A DNA stretch of 64,000 bases, from assembly GCA_977016875.1 (NCBI GenBank), contig CDRNST010000008.1:1922001-1986000 (forward strand). Direction: 5' to 3'. The notes beneath the pieces were generated by a model. That model made no database searches and was not told where the DNA came from. It was given only the letters and a program-made list of their open reading frames with translations. The position numbers were made by a program, and so were the translations under genes. This DNA comes from Pavona decussata. Lineage: Eukaryota. Shown here piece after piece: positions 12,274 through 25,484 of the stretch. Position 1 is the first letter of the stretch. Each line of letters opens with the position of its first letter.

Positions 12274-14572
12274 TCAATAGGCTGTCACACTAGCAAGACT
12301 GCATATTTCTCTTGCCAAGACCCCAGTTTCTGCAGAATTCTTAACTGCCTTGTAGAGATTTGAGGAACAGAACTGACAAAGTTCCTCGTCATCATGTTTA
12401 ACAAACCCACAGTAGCAAAACCCTTCAGAGTTAAAATCAGGTGGAATATAGTGTTCCTTACTTTTTACATAAGACACATTAAGTGGATCCTCTTTACCCA
12501 TCCACACACAGACTATAAAGTCGTGACGGAGAACTAGTCTCCAACGTGTAGAGAGTGTGGAATGTTTTGCATACTGACTCAGCTTAACATGCTTTGCTTC
12601 TCTCCCTTGCATGCTGTTAAGGCCCAAGCCCAAACCATATTTTTCATACAGAATCTGGACATGATATGGAATTGCGTACCCGATAGTCCAAACAGTGGGG
12701 GAAACTCGAAGGAGCAAAGAGTTGGCATTAAAGAAATTCTGGCAAGCAATCCTTAGTTTAGCTACTTCGCTCCCTGTAATTTCAACCCTAGAAAACAAGG
12801 ATACAGCATCTCTAAGCTGTAGGCCGCAGTAGGCCAAGGTAGCTATCTTAAGTTTGGTTTCTGGTGGGTCACTTTCCCTACTAACACTGTCAAGCAAGAG
12901 CATGAACTTGTGGCACATTTTCTTTGTCTCTTTGCCTGTAAATCTGAAGTCAAAAGATTTTTTCCTCCCCTCTGTGAACCACTTTTTCACCTTTTTTACA
13001 AGGCGAGTGAGTCCAAAATTATTTCTAAGGCAACTTAAATAACAAATGAAAGGGGAATCAGCTGGTAATTTGTCAAGCTCATTGCAACCCCCAGGCAAAC
13101 GAGATTTGCCTAAAGCCAGCTCAAGAATCAAACTGTGCCAGAATTGCCATCCATTGTTGCCATTGTGTAAAGGTTCTGCATAACCGACATCAATCAAGGG
13201 ACCAACGAGAGGCTCAAACTCTTGCCTGGATTTCTGATCTCTGATAAAATCCAACACCTTTTTTCGTTTAGTGGACTTAGCATAGTTTTTTTCCTGCAAT
13301 TGCTGCTTTAAATTTGAAACTTTTGCAGCTATCTCAAGGCGCTTGTTATAAGGCCATGGCTGCCAAGTGTTTTGGCCACCCTTACCCAGGGTCCCATTGA
13401 CAGTAGATTTTGTGTCATCATTAACATTCCCAAAAGGGGAGAAGTAAAATGCTGCATTGGACAATTCTCCCCCCATGAATGCCAGCCACTTCATGTCTGA
13501 GGGGAGAAGTTCAAACGAAACCTTAACATCAAAATCCATGACTTTGTAACTTTTGCTTGTCATGCTGTTCATATCATTCACTAATTTCCTAGCATACCTT
13601 TGCATGCACACATGAGTTTCGCTACAATTTGCACCAGCAATAAGAAAATTTTGATTTGGACTTGCAATGTGGCTAGCCACATTTAAACAAGAAATTAACC
13701 ATGCCGTTGCCTCGTCATCTTTGCCAAAAGGGGCCCAATCTGCCCCTATGGCAAGCTTAAAGTGATATTTGTCACTTCCCAAGTGGTTAAAGAATGACTT
13801 TGACCCAAGAGCTTGATCAACCACTATAAACATTTCAGCAAGTTTTAAAACAAATTCCTCTAGTTCCCGATAGGCTCCATTCACTTCTTCACTGTTAGGT
13901 AAACCCGAGCAAAATTCAGGAGCCATGTCAATAATGTTCTCATTGAAGTCGATTGTTTTAATGTAGTTTATCAGCTTATCATAAGGCACCAACTTTGGCA
14001 AGGAAACACTAGGCATAATTTTGATACTGCATTTTCCTTTCACTGCAGTACTGCTATTTGTCATAGTCAAATTTGTTTTGATGGATTGATACTTCTCCTT
14101 ACTGAGTAATCCCCCACTATATAATACCTTAATACTTCTGTTTAAGTTATCTTTGCTTTTTTTCAAACTGATTGATCTCCTTCTTAACTACAATAGGTAA
14201 CACCTTCTTTTTTGCCTTAGCAGAATGTGAAATATAGCTAGCTAACCTAAGTGGTGAACTGGCATTTATCAATGTAGCCCACATGCCATCAAAGGCAGGA
14301 CTTTGATCAGTATCAGTTGCACCATGCAATTCACCACATATTTCTAGAGTCTCTTGCTTTCTTCTACTAGCAGACCTTTTTGCTTGGGGCACTTCAAATT
14401 GTTCAGAGTTTTCTTTCTGAAGCCTTGAACTGCTTCTTCGTCTTTTAAGCTTCTTCCTCTTTCTTGCAATTAGTTCCTTTGAACTCTGCTCACTATCTTC
14501 TGACTTCCTTTTTCTTTGTAAACTATCTAACTTTTCCTGACTGACTACAATATGGTCTTCTGCCCTCTTAAC
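12274..14572 (-). CDS. DDE transposase, RAG1/Transib/Chapaev-like core (frameshifted in the 5' part, e.g. the A-run near 14160)
   Basis: 630-aa open core with candidate triad LAIGAD / LPSDMK / NSMQGREAKH, plus PLV..EPLH, FTGKE, GLGLNS and a C-terminal FCYCG..CQFC. A splice acceptor at 14573-14574 precedes the upstream coding segment. Confidence 0.75.
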
Positions 14573-15555
14573 CTATTCATTTACAAAAAAAGCACCAAAT
14601 TAATCTTCATCTAGCTAAAACAAAACTTCTGGAAGCAGCAGTTTTATGTTGATCTTTTTTCAAGGCAGCTCTATCCATGAACTTACTGAAATAGACATAA
14701 CATATTATGCTAATTAAGATGACATATCCAAACCACCATCACGGTTCTGATTTCCATTGTTTTAACTTGATGATTTATTTGTAAGTTTGAGCAAGAACAA
14801 TAAAAAATACCATATATACTAACATCAGCAAACATCATCCAACATGTCTTGGTGGCCAGTGGGGTTTAAAAGGTTTAGACCCCAATGATCAAATTTTAAA
14901 ATCTTCCTAATAATGTATTTCACATGATATGTAATCACAATTCATGATCAAAGGATAAAGATTAAACAGCGTCTTTCAACAACAGTCCTTTACGTGCGTC
15001 ACCCTTTGTTCGCCGCCATTTTTGGTAATACCAAAATTGGCAATCTTCTCTTGTGGTAACAAATCTGCCGTTTATCCTCTCCATCTCAACTAAACCAAGG
15101 CTCTATTTAGTTTTTATATCAAGATATAGAGGCGAAGGCCGGCTACGCATGCGACTGAAGACCACTGAAAGGCAGGAAGACAATAACACAAGCACGCAAA
15201 GGGCTGTGGTTGAAAGAGACTCTAACAATCACCTTCTTTTTTACACAGTTTAACCTCCTTTGAGTTTCTTGAAATTTCGAATACACTTCTTTCAAGTCCT
15301 TCTTGTTTTTTGCGTGCTGTCCAATGGGAAAGTAAGCCTTGGATATTGCTTTCTTGCTCCGTCCCTTTCTGGGCATGTAACTAAAGCATCAGCTACAGCT
15401 GGTGGCAGTTTGTACTTGTTCTCAAGTGAAGTAAAAAAAAAAAATCGATGAGTAATATGAAATTCTCCCACACTTGACCAGCTCAGTACATCGACTTTAC
15501 ACGCCAAGAGTACTAGAAAGGCAATAACCCTAAAATCAAAAGAAGAACTCATTTG

Positions 15556-16116
15556 AGTGAGATGTTTAACGGTAGGAACTATTAAATTAATGAACAGCAT
15601 GTTTCATTATAATTTCATAAATGATTTTCAAAAATCAACTAGTCATGCAATAGTAAATTCATGAACAGTATGTTTCACTTATTCACTATGATTTCTCAGA
15701 TGCTTTTCAAAATCAACTTTAAAGATCTTCCGATTAAGCAGTCAGGTAGCAATTAATGGTTAGGTTTCCTGGAAAACTAGGATTGGGGATTAAGCATCAG
15801 GGGAAAATAAATCAAAATAAAATAAGGTTATAAGGTTATAAGTGAGATGTTTAACAGTAGGAACTATTAAATTAATGAACAGCATGTTTCATTATAATTT
15901 CATAAATGATTTTCAAAAATCAACTACTCGTGCAATAGTAAATTCATGAACAGTATGTTTCACTTATTCACTATGATTTCTCAGATGCTTTTCAAAATCA
16001 ACTTTAAGGATCTTCCGATTAAGCAGTCAGGTAGCAATTAATGGTTAGGTTTCCTGGAAAACTAGGATTGGGGATTAAGCATCAGGGGAAAATAAATCAA
16101 AATAAAATAAGGCTAT
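15556..16116. repeat. Direct tandem duplication, ~285-bp period, 2 copies
   Basis: AGTGAGATGTTTAAC... starts at 15556 and 15841; the copies are near-identical. Confidence 0.95.
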
Positions 16117-19100
16117 ATATTTAAAGGATGAAATCTTTAAAATAAATGAAATATAAAGCTTACAGTTCAACCAACAAAAAATGAGTTAAACATTGACCTC
16201 GTTGGCTATGGACTACTTAATGGCTGTCCCAGTGGGACTTGACCGCCGAAACGTGGGTACATTTTTTAGGTGAAAAAAGCCAAGTTTCACACGAATTTTT
16301 AAGCATTTTGGGACCTCCATGCTACTCGCTAGGTTTCTGCCGTTTTTGATTTTGTTTGCCACGACCAGATCACAATTTATTTCTATAGGAAAGAACATGA
16401 AACATCAATAGAGTAGGCCCGACATCCTAAGGAAAAATAGGTTAAAAATCGAGTAAAACTCACCTGAACTGCGGCAAAACTAATCCTCGACAAAGCCCCC
16501 ATGCTTCGCTTTCTTCGTGATTTGCAGCCTGGCCTGCAAACTTCCCAGAAATCTCAGCTTTTTAAATTTATGTCATAAATTAGCTAAATTTTTGTAATTC
16601 AAATCAGGCCGCCATTTTGAAAACAAGTCGCTGACGATTTTCGTGGCCGATTCCGCGGGCCCAAGGGCCTGGCGTGTACTACGCCTCAACTGGCAAGCGT
16701 TTCTTAGTGCAGCAAAAGAATCATCACAGAGACATCTACAATTCCAGATAGAAGATGTGCAGCATGCTGTCGGAAGAGTACGTGAGGGGCTTACGCCTGA
16801 CGCCATTCAGGAACTGTATGACATGGCAGCACTTACAGAGGTCCACTCTAAGTTTGAGGAGTTCAATGCATCTGTGATCAACAAAATGAGCAATTTCTGG
16901 CAGTCATATATTGAAATGGTTTGTCTTCTTCTTTGCTTTATTCGTGCAACAAGGGAAGGAGACTGGAATTTGCATCTTGCCTGCATCCGTGCTATGCTTC
17001 CCTGGATGTTTGCATATGACAGAATCAACTATGCAAGGTATCTTCCAGTCTATTTATGCGACATGATGTCGCTAGAAGAAAGGCATCCTACTGCCTATCA
17101 CGCAATGCTTGATGGTGAGTTTGCAGTTCAGAGAACCTCCTGGAATGGATTTGGTCAAGTTCCTGTGGACCAAACAATAAATAGAGACACCAAGTCTAAA
17201 GGTGGCATAGTTGGCTTTAGCCTAAATAAAGGTGCAGTACAAAGATGGCTACTGACATCTCACTCACGTGCAGCAATCACACAGGCTTGCCGCGAGATGG
17301 CTGGAACTATGACCAGAAATGAAGGCGTGGTAAAGGAGCTAGGGAAAGCTCGATTATAGACGAGCAGGATGTCAGGAAAGTGGAGTCAACTCTCACTAGT
17401 TGGAACAATCCGTTTTCTTCCTCTGACTCTGATGAGATTTCGCACTTGTCTTCAGGACAGACAGTTCCCGAATTGGTAGAGCAAGATCTTCTTTCACCTC
17501 ATAGGAAAGGGGAAGAAGCCTTTGTAGCATTCGTACAGAAACGGCTGGTGCCCGCAGAAGTTCCATTTTACGATCCTATCCCAAAGATGAAACTGGCTAG
17601 CTTTACCTCTTCTACCACTTCATCATCGTTTAAAATATCCGGAAGGGATGTCATGCTGAAAGCAGATAGGGACTTGTTTGCCTGTCTTTTAGTCATTGCT
17701 CAAACACGTGATATGGATCTGCGAGATGTCCTGAACTACCCACTAGGTCCCTTACCATGGTTCTTAGCAGCTGTTGATGGATCACTATGCAAGACTGACA
17801 AGTCGAAGCTGCTTGATTCACTGACACAACAAGTAGAACCAGCCGAAGATGTACCGCCGACACCTGCCTGGATTGTAGATGGGATGGCTGTTCTGCAGTC
17901 GCTTAACGACATTCCAACTAAATTTGAAGACTTGGCAAGTGTTGTTTTTGATTCCGTTGTCCCACAAACCATCCTGGCCAGAAGAATTGACTTTGTGACG
18001 GACAGGTTTCTAGATGTGTCCATCAAGGAACCTTGAACGGACAAAAAGAGCAGAACAAGGTACCATTAAAGTGAAGATAACTGGAGGAGGCCAAAAAATG
18101 CCCGAAGCAATGGAAAAAATTTCTCAGTGACGGAGAAAACAAGACCCAGTTAGCAGGATATCTTCTGAAGGAATGGTCAATAGACAGCTACGCCAGCCGA
18201 ATTGGGACACGTAAAATCTTCTTTGCACTCGGAAGCAATTGCTACAGATTGTTGGTAATCAGTGGCAAGGTCCTGTGTGAAGAGGTTGAGGAGTTGCAAA
18301 GTTCTCATGAGGAAGCTGATACTAAGATTCTTCTCCACGCCAAGCATGCAGCAGAAAGCGGCGAGAGAGTGGTAATAATTAAGTCCCCTGACACAGATGT
18401 TTTCATTTTAGCCTGTCACTTACAGAACCAGATTCCAGCTAAGCTTCTCTTCATGAAGAAAGCAAGGACAAGAACTATCTTCCTAGACATCCCTAATGTG
18501 GTAGACCGAGCTGGCTCTGAGTTATGTCATGCATTACCAGGTCTTCATGCCTTCACAGGCTGTGATTCGACGAGCTCCTTTAATGGCAAAGGCAAACCCC
18601 CCTCCCTGAAATTGTGCAGAGATGACAGCGCAGCGTGTCAGGCCATGTCAGTGCTAGGCAGAAAATTCGAATCGGAAGCAACCTCTTTTTTGGCGTGTGA
18701 GAAGTTTGTTTGTAGGTTGTATGGATGTCGGGATGTTGATGATGTAAATGAGTGCCGTTACCGAATTTTTTGTACCAAGAACAGTCCGACAAACACCCTA
18801 CCACCCTGCCAAGATGCCTTACACAAGCATACAATGCGTGCCAACTACCAAGCCGCCATTTGGTGTCGTGCTCTTGAACCCAGGCCAGAGCTGCCAAGCC
18901 CTATCCATCATGGCTGGGGAAGAACGGCCGATGGGATCAAAGTTGACTGGATGTCTCTTCCATCAGCTCCGAAGGCACTCCTTGAGCTGATCATCTGTGG
19001 ATGCACTGGAAACTGTACTACTGGTCATTGTTCTTGTAAGCAAAACGCAATTTCCTGCACTGAAGCCTGTCACTATGGGAGCAGTTGTGAAAACCCCCAT

Positions 19101-19290
19101 AATGTTTGGGAGGATCCAGATGACATTGACGAGGACCATGATGATTAGGTACCATATTGAATGAAATCTTGTCAATATTCTGTTGATTTCAATTTATTTG
19201 AAATGAACTGAGAAACACTGTTAAACATTTTTTAAACATTGTCCGGACAACAACTTGTAGAGAATTAAGATAACCTGAAATTTGCTGGTT

Positions 19291-20016
19291 AGCTAATATA
19301 TTTTCCATAGTGATGACGTCATGCACCTGATGATGACGCCACAGTTTGAGTGGCATAACTAGGAAACCTTTTTTATGTCAGACATGTTAAATTTATGAAG
19401 TATTTGTAAGTTTATGATAAAATATCTTTGTGGACGTGGCCATAATTAGCTAAAAACGTTAAACCGGAAGTCAAATTTAAGCCACTTCCGGTTGACAAAT
19501 TACATTGATTTCACTGCTTAACGGCAATTGTTTTGATATTTTGAGGTTGTTATCTTATCAAGCAGTTAGACAAGGTATACGATTGTAAATAGGTAAGGAT
19601 AAAACGTACCAGTCGCGGTTTTGATACATGTCTTTTGAACTTTGTAGGTTCATTTTGGTTGACAAGGTGACTAATTAGCATAAAATGAAGCAAATAAGCA
19701 AAATTTTAGACAATTGTGTGTGTTTTTTGCATTTAAATAGCGTAAAAAAGCATACTTACTAAAATAAGCTAGTTGTTTGAGGTGTTTGTCAGTAAAATCT
19801 CAGGAAAAAGGAAGAAAATGGGCTCTAGATGAAAATATGGTGCAAAGGAGTGTGGGTAGTTTAGGCCAGGTTACCAAGGCCTTTGGACACTTTTTACGCG
19901 TGGTAACAGGAAGATTCGAAATCAGAATTTTCTAAGCTTTAAAATGATACCAAGAACAGCTTGCCAGAGGGGGGGTGCAGCCAACTTCCCACAAACTGTG
20001 TTTGGCCACTAGACTA
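19291..20016 (-). repeat. Right TIR of Academ copy 1
   Basis: Reverse complement of 6475-7205. Confidence 0.93.
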
Positions 20017-23000
20017 ATGCAAATACCAAACAGAGCAAAACCCCTCCTCAAGAACTAACAAGCAAAGACGATGATGGAGCAAGTGATGATGAAACTGACT
20101 TGGTAAGAAAAATTTAAACTGAATCCAGTATTGACAGTCATAAAATATATATTAAAAAAAATGGACAAAGTTTTGATTTTATAGGCACTAGGGCTTAATT
20201 CTACTCTAAAAGGCTAGATCTAAATTAATTGGTTTTATTAACAATTAAATATAATTATAATTTGTTACCGTTGACCTAACTATAACCTCGAGTAAAAAAA
20301 CTCGAACAATTACGAAATATGTGAAATTTGTGAAAAAGACACTTTTTGCTTTCAGGAAGAGGTGACTGAAGACTGTTTTGGGCAGGCTAACATCCCAGCA
20401 GTTCAGATTGTTGCTCAAGGATCAGAAGCAGATGTCCACTCATTAGCTAACGACCTTTTTAAGTTTGCACAGGATAACTTCCACAACACACTGATAATGC
20501 ACGTGACTAAAGAATCTGCTTTAAATTTTTGGGAAAATAGCTTTCCAGCTTCAAATCTCAGTTTTCATTTGCAGTGTGTTGAAACAAATTTTTTTCCTGG
20601 AAAAGTACAGATGCAAGAGTCAGCAAAGAAGTGTTCAAATGTAAAATCTTACCAAGTGCTGTACGCCGTTGTTTTAGCAGTCAATAGACAAAAAGTGAAG
20701 CAAGTCAAAGCAATAGAATGATTATACCATTTCCGATATTCTTGGATTGGAAGTCAAAGAGGACTCAATCACAATGGATGTCTGCGTACTACCAAAGATG
20801 GAGCAAAGGGTCTCATGAAGCAAAACTGTCAGCGATACTTGTCACACATTGAAGCACAAGTAGAAGGAGTTAACTGTCAGTGATCAAGTTAATTGTAAAC
20901 CACCTTACCGACTATTTTCATTTTTGAAGCCAGCAACCGAAAATGGCCTTCAAGATTCTTTCCAAGAACATCACTTGTGCAGAGACCAATCCTGAAGAAA
21001 AGTATCCTGTTATTAAAGATCCAACACTTGTTAGAGACAGGCAGCTGGCCTGTTTACGTCTTCTCCAGTGCCTTCTATCACAGGATCAAACAGAATTAGA
21101 AATAAAGAAATATTCATTGATGGAAGACCGATTCAATAGCCTTTTAAGGAAAAGGATTGGATTAACTGTTCACCCACCTTGCCAATGAACTGCGTTACAC
21201 TCAAAGTTTAAAAATCTTCAGCTCCATTACTTAAACATAAGGGATTATTCTTCAGTTCAATCATTCTAAATGTGGAGCATGCGACAACAAGGTGAGTAGA
21301 CGTTCAAATGAAACTGAATAAAACAGACTGCGTTACTCCGCCATGTTAATATTTGATAACATTGAAGGCTGTGCGCGGTTGTGGGATATGGCATTAACAT
21401 TTCTCTCTCTAGTCCCCCGAGTTATGTCACCAGATCACCTGGATATTATTTAATGCATGTTAAAGCACTTTTTTCTCACACCCCACTATTAGGGATTCTC
21501 CAATCAAAGTGCTAAATGATGTCCTGAGGGTCTCCGTTGTAACAAAAGTTAACTGTGTCATACATAAGCAAGTCTTTCATGTAATTAACAGGTTCAGATT
21601 GAAGATCCTGTTTGTCTTTTGTGGAGCCTGACCTTAATTTAAATCAACAGCCAATGTTGTAGGTTAAGTGCAATCGTCTTGCCCACACTTGCAGCTGAAG
21701 ACACAAATTTAGCAGCACTTAGGACCTAATATGAAAGAAGTGCAACTTCCTTAAAAGTTACTGTAAAGAATCTTTACTCTGAAGTCTTTAAAAATTAGCC
21801 ACATACTCTTTGATACATACATATGCTTGTGGGCTTGTGTTCTATCTAATGCTACTATTACTAACTGTCATGAACAGTTTATCGTATTTGTTACGTAATA
21901 CTTAGTCATGCGCTCATTGTTTTGTTTGTACAGAACTGCTGTGATTTCGACTTGATTTACCGGTTTTATGCCAAAATTACTTGTACAGATATCTCAGCTG
22001 CTTTTCCAGCAGGTGGCTACAGATATGACAGTTTTCGTTAACTTTCCTTGAGATATTCATTTTTTTTCAGCATTTCCCATTGAATTTCAGATCAATTAGT
22101 ACACGGATGACAAGGGTCATTGGTAAACGTTTGTCAGACAAAATCATTTTTTCTCCCTCCCCTTCGTGTCTGTATATGGTATTATTTGTTCAGCTCAGTT
22201 AGCCCCATTCTCTCTCAAATCTCTAAAGACCGCACAATGACTGCGCTTTGAATTTGGCACACTGAGCTCAGAGCAAATTCATCAGATCTAGCTTTTTTGT
22301 TTTGCATCCTGAAGCAAAGTTTTCCTGAGGACATCATTAAGTCTAGTGATGCGAAAGTCCTACAAGAAGCAGGTTCTGCCTTGTCTAATATCTTTCCTGA
22401 GTTATTTTTTATATTTTTTCGTTTGAGAGCTAACCAGGTAAGCTTACCCGGGCTCAAACTGACATGTTCAGATATTTAGAGCTTTCCTTCAGGTGATAAC
22501 CGCCTTTGGCCATAGAAAGTAAATGTTAGGGATGATTTCTAGTTTGGCAGGCTGAAATTGAGGGGAATGTTTGGTCCGGCCAAAGACTTAGTATTTATTC
22601 TTGTTGAAAATGGCGCTAAAACCTTTCCCTTCAAAATGTTTCAACGTTCGGGACTTCAAGAAAAATGGCGTGGAAAAGCAAGACTTGACAAGGATTTTCT
22701 CTTCAAAAAGAGCGACCTTGAAAAGCTATTGGGTTCGTTTTCGCCCTTATAACTGTAACAATATTAGGCTAGTGATCAATTACTCCTGAAGTGGCATTTT
22801 ACCTGCTCAGAAGTGTCATCAACAATTTCCAGATGTTCGATCGCTGTGATTCGCATTGCAGGATGAATGGAAAAATCAATTTAAACGCTGCCTTGCTCTG
22901 ATTAAGCTAATTCTGTTGTAGAAAGCTAGACTTAGAGCTAAAATACCGGATTTTGGGTGAGATTTAAGATGCATTGGCGAAGTTAATAATTACCAAATGT

Positions 23001-23319
23001 CACACTTGTTTTGTCAGATCACACATTATGTTTCATTTGATGCAGATGTCAATGTCGTGTCTAATTCCAAAGAAAAGCTCCTCTTTTCTTTTCTAACTAT
23101 TCTCTGACCTTACTTTCTTGTGATGAACTGTAAGTGAAGTCTTCTTAATGACTTGCATATTCCTTCAGCGTAGAAAGTCTTAAAATGTGTTTAATTTCTG
23201 TAGCCACCTTCTGGAAAATCAGCTCAGATATATTTTTTTATTACATGCCAACAGACATCCATGTGGAGGCTGTGTTCCCTCAAATAATGCTTTAGAGTGA
23301 ATAATGCTTTACTTGATGC

Positions 23320-24261
23320 ATGACAAAGCGTGCTGAACGATCAACAAGTTCCTCACCTTCGATGAGGTCTCCACCTGCACTGAAGAGAAACAAACTCCAT
23401 GGCAAAGAAATGGTAGTCAGTGGGATCTCTGAAACTCCAGTCACCCTTGTAAAACTGCTAGACAAGCTAAACGACATTGACAGCAGAATGGAGGATCATT
23501 TCGGAGGCTTACAAACAGAGATGGCATGTTTAAGATGCAAACTCAAAGCAGATATCAAAGGTGTTAAAAGAACAATAAAGGAAGTAGAGAAATTGCTGGA
23601 AGCGGCGTGGGATGCCATTAGTGATATCCAAGAGGAATTGAAAGCCAGAGTTGATTTAAGAAAAAACTTCTAACGAGTTTAGATAGTCAGAAAGCTGAAA
23701 TACAACAACTTACAAGAAAGCAGTTGTAACGACCACTGCCCCAAAATCAAAGATCTAAAAGCAAAGTTGGCAGAGGAATAAGAGAAAGTGATTGCCCTTG
23801 AAACATATTCAAGATGAGAGAATCCTCCATTTACGAACATTCCCAACAAACCCGATGAGAATTACATTGATACTAGTTACAAAATAATTGAAACCGAACT
23901 GAACATCAATACAGACAACACGCAATTCCTAGCTGTCCATAGAATGGGAAAAGCTCAATCAGCATTCAGAAACGATGCCAAGGCCTCCCCACTGCCAGGA
24001 ATTGTTCGATTTCTACTTAGAGAAGATAGAGATAAGGTACTAATTGCAAACGACAAACTGAAGTATTCAAAAAATTATGAGGATGAGTATATCACACAAG
24101 ACTATGCAAGACCAATTCAGGTGGAAAGAAATACTCTCATCAAAGCAATGTTTAAGGCCAATGAGAGAGATTTGAATGCCAAAGAGGTAAACAGAAATCT
24201 TATGGTGAACAATGCAGTTTTTCATGTGGGCAATATCCCTCCCGAGTTTAAATCTCCTTGA
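23320..24261 (+). pseudogene. Non-LTR retrotransposon ORF1p relic (coiled coil + RRM + CTD)
   Basis: Heptad-rich region, then LETYSRREN, AVHRMGK, IVRFLLREDRDKVL, YITQDY..IQVERNTL; stops and frameshifts. Confidence 0.7.
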
Positions 24262-25039
24262 TCAAGTTGTATATGTTGGATGTACACAACCTTTTCAGTC
24301 TTGCTTCAAATATAGCAAATAGGAACGCGTGCCTTTTGCTGTGTAACTAATTTCAAAGATTTATATTAAGTTTTTACGTTATCCCCTATGGATATGTACT
24401 TCCCAACCCAGGATGAATGTGCATTTTCACGTTCTGTTTACGTACGTATTTTATTTTGGCTCCTTCAAATGCATTTTTCTGGTTATGTCCAAAAATAATG
24501 CTTTCAATGAAGTAACCATTGATGTAATTAGGTAGTTAAAATTGATTTGTAAGTTAATGTGTATTTTAAGGAAGTTAGCATATAAGTTATTGTAAGTAAA
24601 CATGGTATTGAAGGTCTGTCTTGATTAATTAATAATTAATTAATTGTGTTAGCTTTATGTAATAAATTACTTGTATATACTTTCTGACACATGTATTCTA
24701 CAAAGACGAGATTAGGTTAGCCACAATAAACAAGTTCAATCGACTTTACAAGTACGTTCTTTCACGAGTTTATTACATGGAACTCAATGTGGGGCAGTGA
24801 ATCGTGACTTTAACCTATCGATACGGCAGAGAAGGAAATTTGACGACTTTGGGTGACTCGCAGGGCAAACAAAGGTGTCATATCATAACGAGTCTGAAAC
24901 GATTTTGCAGTGAAATGGAGTGATGCAACTACATGCTGATAGGTAGTCATCTCCACATGCATGTTCAATAAGCAGTCTTTCTTGAGCAGCCATCTTGGTC
25001 GTGTTCATGTCATTCTCCCAATCTAAAACATAACATTTC

Positions 25040-25480
25040 TGGTGACAAGGAATCTCAGTTATGGCAAGTTTAGATTAACGACTACTCGGAAAAGCTCAAG
25101 CAATATCATCCTGGGGAATTAAGTCAAAGCTGATTCATCTACGTCACATCGACGTCTAGTCATGTTGATTTCTGTTATCTGTTATTGTGTGGAAAAATCT
25201 ACGATATTCCTGGCTTCACCACCATCCCCTTCTTCAAAGTCCTACGCTGACTTCAAAACCATTTTAAACAGTCAACACTTCTGTACAATCGGAAAACACA
25301 AGCATTTCCGAATTCGTAGCTCAACTTCAGCATCTTGCAACCATGTGCAACTTCAGTGATCACTTGAACAAAAACTTTAAGACAGATTTGTTTGTGATCT
25401 TCCTAGTTCACCCATACAGAAGCTGTTGCTTACCGAAGATGCCACTTTTGAAAGAGCTCTACAAATTGCTCAAGGTTTAC
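25040..25480 (+). pseudogene. Gypsy-type LTR retrotransposon relic: PBS-like site and gag fragment
   Basis: ..ACA-TTTC-TGGTGACAAGGA after a putative LTR end; gag-like peptides LASPPSPSSKSYADFK and LATMCNFSDHLN..DRFVCDL..IQKLLLTEDATFERALQIAQG. Confidence 0.6.
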
Positions 25481-25484
25481 AGTG

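Larger units (their letters stand above)
10681..16676 (-). mobile_element. CAC...GTG DNA transposon with 3-bp TSD (CMC-like: Chapaev3/Transib/RAG1-related), two convergent genes
   Basis: TAC duplicated at 10678-10680 and 16677-16679; removing the element restores Academ codons GAA GCC TTA CTA CGC (EALLR). Imperfect ~34-bp TIRs: CACGGCGGGCTCCTGG..AATCGGCCAC vs CACGCCAGGCCCTTGG..AATCGGCCAC. Confidence 0.85.
8149..19148 (+). pseudogene. Academ transposase-XPG/FEN1-like nuclease-Cys-rich protein; frameshifted, intron 9759-10071, split by insertion 10681-16676
   Basis: Motifs KTPKHVAL, WDNIDLLEDTLSGKGT, LDQAIYAK, RMGAFH, GKHYNRAVRVHK..EAL|LRL, FIRATREGDWNLHL, IVDGMA, HEEADTK, DTDV, HAFTGCD, RANYQ and a terminal CxCxxxCxxxxCxC, all collinear with the copy at 43689-48167. 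Confidence 0.9.
6475..20016 (+). mobile_element. Academ (AcademX) DNA transposon copy 1, with nested insertion
   Basis: TAGTCTAGTGGCCAA...TTGGCCACTAGACTA termini, ATG duplicated at 6472-6474 and 20017-20019, ~730-bp TIRs, internal transposase-XPG-Cys gene. TAG..CTA ends with a 3-bp TSD fit Academ. Confidence 0.9.

Noticed and set aside
6472-20019. Reading the Academ ends as TA-TSD Tc1/mariner ends
   Set aside because: Both copies have an independent 3-bp duplication outside TAG..CTA, and the protein is Academ-type.
21300-23200. Short ORFs and ATGGCG motifs
   Set aside because: No coherent frame, termini or motif that I can support.
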